Below are positions 28,006 through 35,612 of a DNA stretch of 64,000 bases, in pieces (positions within the stretch are counted from its first letter, which is position 1; every line of letters starts with the position of its first letter). The DNA is taken from assembly GCA_047601445.1 (NCBI GenBank), contig JASGJH010000001.1, positions 7,712,001-7,776,000 on the forward strand, written 5' to 3'. The translations under genes were made by a program, and so were the position numbers. The notes beneath the pieces were generated by a model. It ran no database searches. It saw only the letters and a program-made list of their open reading frames with translations, and was not told where the DNA came from. The DNA is from Myxococcales bacterium (GTDB lineage: Bacteria > Myxococcota_A > Polyangia > Polyangiales > DASUME01).

Positions 28006-28200
28006 ATGTCGATGACCAACTGGAAGAGCACTTTGTGCAGCCTGGGCGCAGCCCTTCTGCTCGGGGGAGTCGGGGCGGGCTCGTACCACTACCTCACGTC
28101 TTCTTCGGCGTCGGAGTGCTGCAAGCAGGGCGCAGCCTGTTGCAAGCCGGGCGCCGAGTGCTGCAAGCGCCACGCGCATCCGAGCAACGAGCCTGGCTGA
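28006..28200 (+). CDS. Small exported/membrane-anchored Cys-rich peptide (64 aa, 3 CCK heptads)
   Basis: AAGGAG RBS; hydrophobic N-terminus; ECCKQGA-ACCKPGA-ECCKRHA. Confidence 0.8.
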   Translation: MSMTNWKSTLCSLGAALLLGGVGAGSYHYLTSSSASECCKQGAACCKPGAECCKRHAHPSNEPG

Positions 28201-28211
28201 AGGTCCTCTGG

Positions 28212-28787
28212 GTGGTGGAGCCTCAGCAGGCGCGAGCCCGTTCGACTGCGGAACGTGAACTCGATCTCCTGATGGCCCAGCTCTCCGCGGGAGAGCGCAC
28301 CGCCTTCGATCCGTTGTTTCGAGCCCTCTACCCGCGCGCACAGCGCTTGGCGGCCTTGCGTCTCGGCCACGCGCAGGCAGCGGATGTGGCCCAGTCGGCG
28401 CTGCTCAGGGTGTTCGCCCGCGCCAGCGAGTTTCGTGCGGGCAGCGCGGTGTTGCCCTGGTTCTACGCCATCGTCGCCAACGAGATTACGGCCGCGCGGC
28501 GCAAGCGAGGGCCGCTGTCTGCACGCGAGAGCGGCGACGATCCGGCGCGCACGGGAGAGCCCGCGCCCGAGCTCGAGAGCGATCCCGAAGCGCAGCTGCT
28601 GGAGCAGGAGTTGGTGCGGGCCGTGCGGCTCGCCATCGACGAGCTCGATCGCCCCTCTGCGGAAGCCATTGCGGCCATGCTGGAGGGCAGCGCCATCCCC
28701 GGCCTCACGGCGCCGGCCTTTCGCAAGCGGGTCTCGCGGGCCTACGCGCGGCTCAGGTTGCTCCTACGAGGTTCCCATGGAGACTGA
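28212..28787 (+). CDS. ECF sigma factor
   Basis: LMAQLSAGERTAFDPLF, AADVAQSALL, VLPWFYAIVAN (region 2), FRKRVSRAYARLR (region 4 end); start uncertain (28212-28272). Confidence 0.85.
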   Translation: MVEPQQARARSTAERELDLLMAQLSAGERTAFDPLFRALYPRAQRLAALRLGHAQAADVAQSALLRVFARASEFRAGSAVLPWFYAIVANEITAARRKRGPLSARESGDDPARTGEPAPELESDPEAQLLEQELVRAVRLAIDELDRPSAEAIAAMLEGSAIPGLTAPAFRKRVSRAYARLRLLLRGSHGD

Positions 28788-29358
28788 CTTGCACATCGAT
28801 CCGGAGCTCCTCGTACGCGCGCGGCGCGCCTACGAGCGCGGGCGCTTGTTGAGCGGTCTGGTGCGGGCAGCTGGCCTCAGTGCGATCGCGGGCCTGGTGG
28901 CGCGTCTCGGGCTCGAACTCGATGTGTTGCCGTGGTTGCCCCTGAGCTTCTTGCTGTGGCTCTCGGTGTACTACAAGGGTGGGGCGCTCCTGGATGGCGC
29001 GCGCTACGGCTTGTTGGCAGGGGTGCTCACGTGGCTCTTGCCGCTGTCGATTCTGCGGCCGTGTTGTCGGCATGGCATGGGTGCGGGGCTCGAGACGCCC
29101 TGCACGATGCCCAGCATGTGCGTGCTGGCTGGCGCGGTGCTGGGGCTCGGTTTGGTCGCCACCATGCCACGCATGCGCGCGGGTAAGCGAGCGCTGACCA
29201 GCTTGGGCATGGTGCTCGGGGTGCTGTCGCTGGCAGCGCTCAAGTGCTCGGCGTTGTTCGCGGGCGAGGCGCTGGGGCTGCTCGGCGGCCTGAGCGCGGG
29301 CATCCTGGGGCTGGCGGCCTTCGAGGCGCTGCTCGAGCGTCGCCGGGCGGCGCACTAG
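28777..29358 (+). CDS. Putative membrane anti-sigma factor with loop cysteines (NrsF/DUF1109-like layout)
   Basis: Overlaps the sigma stop; 193 aa, about 6 hydrophobic segments; PCC..PC..MC loop and ALKC. Confidence 0.65.
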   Translation: METDLHIDPELLVRARRAYERGRLLSGLVRAAGLSAIAGLVARLGLELDVLPWLPLSFLLWLSVYYKGGALLDGARYGLLAGVLTWLLPLSILRPCCRHGMGAGLETPCTMPSMCVLAGAVLGLGLVATMPRMRAGKRALTSLGMVLGVLSLAALKCSALFAGEALGLLGGLSAGILGLAAFEALLERRRAAH

Positions 29359-29372
29359 CTAGGGGACGCCCC

Positions 29373-31931
29373 CTAGGCAGAGGAGCGCTCGTCCTCGCTA
29401 GAGTTGCCCTGGAGCGCAGCGTCGATGTTCTCGATCAGGGTGTGCGCGTAGACGGGGCGGCGAATGTTCAGATCGCAGTCGAGCTGGTTAAGATCGGGGT
29501 GGCTGCCGACTTCGACCCCGATCACCTGCAGATCCGGGTACAGCGCTCGAGCCGTGTGCGGCAAGCTCGCCACGCTCTGACCGAGCTCTCCATCCACCAC
29601 CAAGACGTCGAGGGGACCCGCGCCCAGCTGTGCTGCGGCGTCGCGGGCGGAACTCACCAGGATCACGTTGTAGCCGGCCTGGCCGATGGATATCGCCACG
29701 TCGTGGTCGATGTTGGGGCCGAACACCAAAAGCACGCGCGGCGCTCGTACGACCTCGGATTGCAGCGGTTCGCGGCGCGCCGAACGGGCGGCGTCGTGCC
29801 GGGGTAGGAAGATCCGCATGCGCGTGCCCTTGTTGAGCTCGCTGTCCACCTCGAGGAAGCCGCCGGCCTCACGCACGATGCTCTGGCAGATGGCGAGCCC
29901 GAGGCCCGTGCCCTCGCCCTCGGCCTTGGTGGTGAAGAACGGCTCGAAGACCTTGCTCAGGGTCAGCTCGTCCATGCCGCGTCCGTCGTCCTCCACCCCC
30001 ACCACCACGAATTCGCCCTGACAGTCGAGCCGCTCTTGCCCGGCGCGCTCGGCGTCCACGAACTCAACGTGGCTCGTCAGCAGGATGTCGTGTCCGTGGC
30101 CGTCGGTGGCCTGCGCGGCGTTGGTGACGAGGTTGAGGATCAGCTGGCGCAGCCGGCTGCGATCGATGAGGACGCTGCCGCCTTCTGCGTGCAGATGCTC
30201 GGTGATGCGCAGGCTCCGGCCCGCCATCGCTTGCACCAGGGGCTGCAGCTGCTGGAGCAGCTCGTCCACGTCGGTGACTTGCTTGTGCTCGGGCGTCTTG
30301 CGCGCGTACACCAGCAAGGACTGGGTCAATTCTTTCGCCTGGGTGAGGGCTGCCTCGAGCGAGGCCTTGCTGCGTTCCGCCCGCTCGCCGTGCGCCGAGC
30401 ACGCCAAAAACGCGGTCTGATTCATGATCACGGTCAGCAGGTTGTTGAAGTCGTGGGCCACCGCCGAGGCCAAGTGTCCCAGGCTCTCGAGCTTGGCCTG
30501 CTGCGTGAGCTCCGCCTCGAGCCGCAGCCGATCGGTGAGATCCATGCCGAGCGTGATCACACCGCGGGAGCGACCGCTGGTGTCCTTCAGCACCGTGCGC
30601 GTCCACAACAGCCGACGCACGTCACCTGCCTTGGTCCGGATGGCGTACTCCACGCGCGGCGCGATGGCGCCCACCCGCAAGGCGGCGTCGTAGCTCGCGT
30701 GCAGCCGCACCGCTTCTTCGCGCGAGTCGAGGTAGTCGTACCAGGAAGTCCCGAGGACCTCGTCTCGCTCGTAGCCCAAGACCAGCGAGAAGTAGGGGTT
30801 CACGTCCTGGATGCGCCCCTCGGTATCGATGTGCACCGCGATCATCGCGATGTTGTGGAGCAGCGTGCGAGCCCGGCGCTCGCTCTCCTCGCGTGCGAGT
30901 TCGGCCTCGCGCTGGGCCGTGATGTCGGCCAGCACGCCCTGGAAGGCCATCGGGTTGCCCTGGGCGTCGCGGATCAACGTGCTGCTGTCGCGGATCCAGC
31001 ACACGCCACGCCCCTCGAGATGCACGCGGTACACCAGCTCATCCGCGAAGCCCCGCGACAGATCCTTGCGGTAGCGCTCGAGCACGCGGGGACGATCTTC
31101 CTTCACGATGCGGTTCAGCCACGCGCGCGGCCCCATGCGCAGCCAGTCGCCCACGCTGAAGCCGCCGAACTCGTTGACCTTGGGGCTCAGGTAGCGAAGC
31201 CGTTTGCAGCCGGCGTCCATCGAGTAGACCGTCACGGGCAGGGACTCCACCAAGTTACGGTAGCGAGCCTGGGCCTCCTGCGCGGCGTACTCCGCCCGCA
31301 CGCGACGTTCCGCCTCGACGCCCAGCGCCACCAGCGAGCCTAGCTGCGAGGCGAAGGCGAGCTCGGCGGGCCACCACGTCCGCGTTCCTCCGAGGTGCTC
31401 CAGGCAAACCACGCCGATGGGCTCTCCCTGGGCCAGCACCGCGATGTCCAACAAGGCGCCCACGTTGTGTTCTTCGAGGTAAGCGCGCAGCTCACGCAAG
31501 CGCGCGTCCTTCCGCGTGTCCGTCACCGCCAACGGTTCCTCGGCGCGCAGCGCGCTGAAGTAGCTGGGTGCGTCTGCCGGTCGAAGCAGCAAGCCATCCG
31601 CAGAGACCTGGACGCCGTCTACCAGCAGCACTCGACAGCCGAGGTTGCCGTGCCGATCGGTGAGCCACACGCTGACGCGCCGCACCTGCACCGCCTGCGC
31701 CGTGAGCACCGCGATGGCGTGCATGGTCTCGAGCAGATTGGTGTCGTTGGGGGGGCGGTTCCTCAGAACGCGCTGCAGCGTATCCGAGCACGCGCGCAGT
31801 CGTTGACTGAGGTCGTGTTGGCGCCGCAGCTGCTCGCGGTAGGCCGCCTCGCGCGCCTCGAGTTCAGACCGCCGTCGTTGATTCCAGAAGGAGTCGCGAA
31901 CTTCGTCGACCACGGGGCCCCCCAATCGCAA
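29373..31931 (-). CDS. Hybrid histidine kinase (GAF-PAS-PAS-HisKA-HATPase-degenerate REC)
   Basis: RVSVWL..GVVCLEH..RTW GAF, AVAHDFNNLL, FEPFFTTK..GTGLGL; start uncertain (31931/31913). Confidence 0.9.
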   Translation of the reverse strand: MRLGGPVVDEVRDSFWNQRRRSELEAREAAYREQLRRQHDLSQRLRACSDTLQRVLRNRPPNDTNLLETMHAIAVLTAQAVQVRRVSVWLTDRHGNLGCRVLLVDGVQVSADGLLLRPADAPSYFSALRAEEPLAVTDTRKDARLRELRAYLEEHNVGALLDIAVLAQGEPIGVVCLEHLGGTRTWWPAELAFASQLGSLVALGVEAERRVRAEYAAQEAQARYRNLVESLPVTVYSMDAGCKRLRYLSPKVNEFGGFSVGDWLRMGPRAWLNRIVKEDRPRVLERYRKDLSRGFADELVYRVHLEGRGVCWIRDSSTLIRDAQGNPMAFQGVLADITAQREAELAREESERRARTLLHNIAMIAVHIDTEGRIQDVNPYFSLVLGYERDEVLGTSWYDYLDSREEAVRLHASYDAALRVGAIAPRVEYAIRTKAGDVRRLLWTRTVLKDTSGRSRGVITLGMDLTDRLRLEAELTQQAKLESLGHLASAVAHDFNNLLTVIMNQTAFLACSAHGERAERSKASLEAALTQAKELTQSLLVYARKTPEHKQVTDVDELLQQLQPLVQAMAGRSLRITEHLHAEGGSVLIDRSRLRQLILNLVTNAAQATDGHGHDILLTSHVEFVDAERAGQERLDCQGEFVVVGVEDDGRGMDELTLSKVFEPFFTTKAEGEGTGLGLAICQSIVREAGGFLEVDSELNKGTRMRIFLPRHDAARSARREPLQSEVVRAPRVLLVFGPNIDHDVAISIGQAGYNVILVSSARDAAAQLGAGPLDVLVVDGELGQSVASLPHTARALYPDLQVIGVEVGSHPDLNQLDCDLNIRRPVYAHTLIENIDAALQGNSSEDERSSA

Positions 31932-32264
31932 GCTTCAACTTTCAGCCTGGCTCGCGTGCGCAGCGCACACAACGCTTCACCGCCGAATTCGCGGGTGAAT
32001 CTGCGAGAAATTACAGAGTCGGGGACAGTGGTCTGCGCGCGTAGTGCGATCCCGGTCCGAGCGGTGCAAGGGCGTGCGCGACGCCTAGCCTCTTCGAGCT
32101 TCGACCCCTAACGAGGACGAGTAAGGTGCAGCGCGCGAGCGCGCAATGAGGCCCAGTCCCCCCGTTGGGGAGCTGCACGAGTTACCCAACTGATCAGCAA
32201 AAGCCAGCGCCTTGGCCCACGGGGCGATCGACATGGCCGGCGGAGCGATTGGTTCGACCACGCG

Positions 32265-33614
32265 TCAGAGCTTGGTCTTCATGGTGACGAACTCCTCGGC
32301 TGCGGTCGGGTGGATTCCGACCGTGCTGTCGAAGTCCGCCTTGGTGGCTCCGAGCTTCATGGCCACCGCGAAACCTTGCACGATCTCGCCGGCGTGATCG
32401 CCAATCATGTGCAGTCCCACCACGCGCTGGCTCTCGGCATCCACCAGGAGCTTCATCAGCGTGCGCTTCTCGCGGCGCGTCAGGGCGTGCTTGAGAGCGC
32501 GGAAGTTGCTCTTGTAGACATCGACGCGGGCATAGCGCGCGCGCGCCTCGGCCTCGCTGAGTCCCACCGTGCCGACGTTGGGATGGCTAAAGACCGCGCT
32601 GGGGACATTTTCGTAGTCCACGCGGGTAGGGGTGCCCTGGAATAGCGTACGCGCGAGGGCCGAGGCTTCGGCGATGGCCACCGGCGTGAGGGCTCGACGA
32701 TCGGTCACGTCGCCCACCGCGTAGACATGGTCCGCCGAGGTCTTCGAATAGGCGTCGACGCAAATGGCGCCGCGGGCCCCGAGCTGCACGTTCAGCCGCT
32801 CGAGTCCGAAACCCTGGCTGCGCGGCACGCGTCCGGTGGCGAACAACACCTGGTCGGCGAGCAGGAGCTCTCCTCCGTTGAGCGTGACGACGACGTCGGT
32901 GCCGTCTTTGTGCAGCCTACTTACCGTGCGCTTCGCATGGACGCGCACGCCGTCGCGGCTCAGCTCTGCCGTGAGGTGCGAGCGCATGTCTTCGTCGAAG
33001 CCGCGTAGCACCAGCTCTTCGCGCAGCACCAGATCGACCTGTGCGCCGAGCCCCGCGAAGATGCCGGCGAACTCCACGGCGATGTAGCCGCCGCCCACGA
33101 TGGTGATGCGCTCGGGCATGCTCTTGAGGGCGAACGCTTGATCCGAGCTGATGCCGAGCTCGTGTCCGGGGATCTCGGGGATAAAGGGCACTCCACCGGT
33201 GGCGACCAGGATGGTGCGCGCGCTCAAGCGCTGATCACCCACCAACACGTCGTGGCCGCCGAGCAGCTCGGCACGTGCCTGATAGAGCGTGACCCCGGCC
33301 TTCTCGAGCAGCTGGCGGTAGATCGCGTTGAGGCGCAGGATCTCCAGGTCCATGTTGTCGACGAGCGTACGAAACGAGTGCTCGCTGCCTGAGCTGGACC
33401 AGCCGAAGCCCGCAGCGTCCTGCAGGTCGCGGCCGAGCTCGGAGGCGTAGGCCAACAGCTTCTTCGGGATGCACCCCACGTTGACGCAGGTGCCGCCCAG
33501 ACGGTTGTACTCGGCCAGCGCCACCTTGGCGCCGAACTCCGCGGCCATGCGTGCTGCACGCACGCCGCCCGAACCGCCGCCGATCACCAGGAGGTCGTAG
33601 TCGTGGCTTTGCAT
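32265..33614 (-). CDS. gor: Glutathione-disulfide reductase
   Basis: GGGSGGVRAAR, GGTCVNVGCIPKK, GGGYIAVEFA, GIHPTAAEEF. Confidence 0.93.
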   Translation of the reverse strand: MQSHDYDLLVIGGGSGGVRAARMAAEFGAKVALAEYNRLGGTCVNVGCIPKKLLAYASELGRDLQDAAGFGWSSSGSEHSFRTLVDNMDLEILRLNAIYRQLLEKAGVTLYQARAELLGGHDVLVGDQRLSARTILVATGGVPFIPEIPGHELGISSDQAFALKSMPERITIVGGGYIAVEFAGIFAGLGAQVDLVLREELVLRGFDEDMRSHLTAELSRDGVRVHAKRTVSRLHKDGTDVVVTLNGGELLLADQVLFATGRVPRSQGFGLERLNVQLGARGAICVDAYSKTSADHVYAVGDVTDRRALTPVAIAEASALARTLFQGTPTRVDYENVPSAVFSHPNVGTVGLSEAEARARYARVDVYKSNFRALKHALTRREKRTLMKLLVDAESQRVVGLHMIGDHAGEIVQGFAVAMKLGATKADFDSTVGIHPTAAEEFVTMKTKL

Positions 33615-33623
33615 CCGGGAAAT

Positions 33624-35447
33624 TTAGCCGATTAGCGTGAGCAAGCCCGAGCCGTCGATGGCCGGCTCGAAGACGCCCCCCACCGCGAGCCCGCTCGGCG
33701 TGCGCTTGAGCTCCACCATCAGCGAGACCGCCTTCAACACGGCGTCGGCTCCGCCTGCTCGTTCCAGGGCGATGAGCGCGTCCTTGGCCGAGCGCTGCTC
33801 GAAGCTCACCAGGCTTCCCTCGTGGTGCAACGAGAGCTTGCTCAGCAGCGTGGGAAGTTCGCTCTCGCGCGGCGTGTGGATCAACAGGCGCTCCGGGCGG
33901 AAGTGCCGCACCCGGTCGAGCAATGTCTCGATGTCCACCGTGCCCAACCGCAGGCACACCGACGAGCGCTCGCCCACCGCGATCTCCGGAGAGCGCTCGA
34001 ACAGTGCTACGCGCTCCTCGGCGTCGCACGCGTGCAGCGCGCCCGAGACGAGGCGGGCCAGTTCGCCGCTGCCTGGTCCCACGAACCAGACCTGGCGCTT
34101 GTTGCGCACGGCTTCCTGGATCGCACTCGCATGGTCGTTGGTGAGTAGACCGCTCTGGGCCAGCTCCGAGAGTGATTTGAGCTGGGCCGGGCGCCGCTGC
34201 ACCGACAGCACGGGTCCCTCGCTGGTGGCCGCCTTGAGCACGGCCACCACATGCAGACCGTTGGGCAGGGAGAGCTCCACGCTGTCCGGGAGACTTCCGA
34301 CGAGCCCGCCTTGGGCGCACAAGCGGCGCAGGCACGTGAGCACGGCCTGGGGCGCCGAGAAGACCACGGACTCGGGGCTCAGACCCTGGCCGCGGTCGGC
34401 GCGGATGCGGTCGAAGCGCTCCACCACGATGTGAAACACGTGGGCGTCGGCCAGCAAGCTGTCGATGGGTCCGAGGCCCACCGCCTCGTGCAGAGCCGCC
34501 TTGCCCAGGCCCAGGCGATCGCGGAAACGCGTGGGTTGTTCGTTCGCGAGCTCGGCGAGCTTGTTGTGGATCAAGCGCTCGGCCTTTTGCCAGCGTCGCT
34601 CGTCCACGAACGAGCTCGGATCGGCGTCGTCGAGATCGAACTCGCGGCCGATCCGCAGCATGAGCAAGCGCAGGTCGCTCTGTCCGCCCGGGCTCGGCGC
34701 GCCCGGAGGCAACGCTACGCGCGCAGGAGGCGGGGTCTGACGGCGCGGGGCAGGGCCACCGAGCGAAGTTGGAGCCAGGACGCGCGACACAGGCGAGCCA
34801 TCGGCGAGCACGCCCTCCTGGGGCGTAGACGGTCCCTCGATGCCCTCGGCGGGCGGGCGCTCGCTGACGGTGTCCAGACCACCGATGACCGGGGGCATGC
34901 TCGGCGCGGTGCGCGACGGAGGCATCACGGATGGCGGTGGCGGGGCGCTCGTGTGGGGCCCAAGGGGGGCCGACATGCTCGGCGAATTGCCCCGCAGCAC
35001 CAGCGGGATGTCGTCCATGCCGGGGCGGGCCTCCACGATGGGCTCGGGGGCCCGGCTCGGCAGCGGCGGCACGGGCGAATGACCGGAGATGGGCGCGGGG
35101 CCACCGAGCGGCAGGTCCTGCCGCGACACAGGCGGACGCATGGAACCCGAGGCACTCATGTCGCCCTCGAGCGTCAGCACGAAGTCGCCGATGTAGATCT
35201 TGTCACCCTCTTTGACGACGAGCGGAGAGGTGATCTTGCGGCCGTTGACGTAGGTGCCGTTGGTGCTCTTGAGGTCCACCACGATGAAGCGGTTGTCCTT
35301 GAGCACGATGCGCGAGTGGCGCTTGGATACATTGCCCTTGGGCAGGACCACATCGTTGCCGGGGACTCGACCGATGGTGACTTCAGGCTCGCCGAAGGAG
35401 AGGCGCTTCTGGGCACCGGTTTTCTCGGTGATCACGACGGTGAACAT
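33624..35447 (-). CDS. FHA domain protein fused to a degenerate CpaF/TadA-like ATPase
   Basis: IGRVPGND..VSKRHS..STNGTYVNG (FHA), Pro-rich linker, EAVGLGPIDSLLAD..HIVV, LPNG, RPERL; Walker A region reads VGPGSGELA. Confidence 0.8.
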   Translation of the reverse strand: MFTVVITEKTGAQKRLSFGEPEVTIGRVPGNDVVLPKGNVSKRHSRIVLKDNRFIVVDLKSTNGTYVNGRKITSPLVVKEGDKIYIGDFVLTLEGDMSASGSMRPPVSRQDLPLGGPAPISGHSPVPPLPSRAPEPIVEARPGMDDIPLVLRGNSPSMSAPLGPHTSAPPPPSVMPPSRTAPSMPPVIGGLDTVSERPPAEGIEGPSTPQEGVLADGSPVSRVLAPTSLGGPAPRRQTPPPARVALPPGAPSPGGQSDLRLLMLRIGREFDLDDADPSSFVDERRWQKAERLIHNKLAELANEQPTRFRDRLGLGKAALHEAVGLGPIDSLLADAHVFHIVVERFDRIRADRGQGLSPESVVFSAPQAVLTCLRRLCAQGGLVGSLPDSVELSLPNGLHVVAVLKAATSEGPVLSVQRRPAQLKSLSELAQSGLLTNDHASAIQEAVRNKRQVWFVGPGSGELARLVSGALHACDAEERVALFERSPEIAVGERSSVCLRLGTVDIETLLDRVRHFRPERLLIHTPRESELPTLLSKLSLHHEGSLVSFEQRSAKDALIALERAGGADAVLKAVSLMVELKRTPSGLAVGGVFEPAIDGSGLLTLIG

Positions 35448-35499
35448 GGGCCCGCGCATCATACATGCGGCAGCGGGCCCCGGGCTATCACCATGTCAC

Positions 35500-35612
35500 C
35501 GGGCAGGTCACGCGACCTTCCCCCGTCGCCGCCAAGCCGTGCCAGGGGTTGACTCAGGGCCCACCCCATTGACTCAGGGTCCACCCTACCGGGCGCGGTT
35601 CGCTTCGCTCAC
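35500..35612. repeat. Intergenic multi-hairpin repeat, copy 1
   Basis: CGGGCAGGTCACGCGACCTTCCCC...GGTTCGCTTCGCTCAC; internal duplication TTGACTCAGGGYCCACCC. Confidence 0.8.

Noticed and set aside
28006..28200. Calling the Cys peptide a RiPP/bufferin precursor
   Set aside because: No DUF692/MNIO, radical SAM or other maturase nearby; modification in trans cannot be excluded
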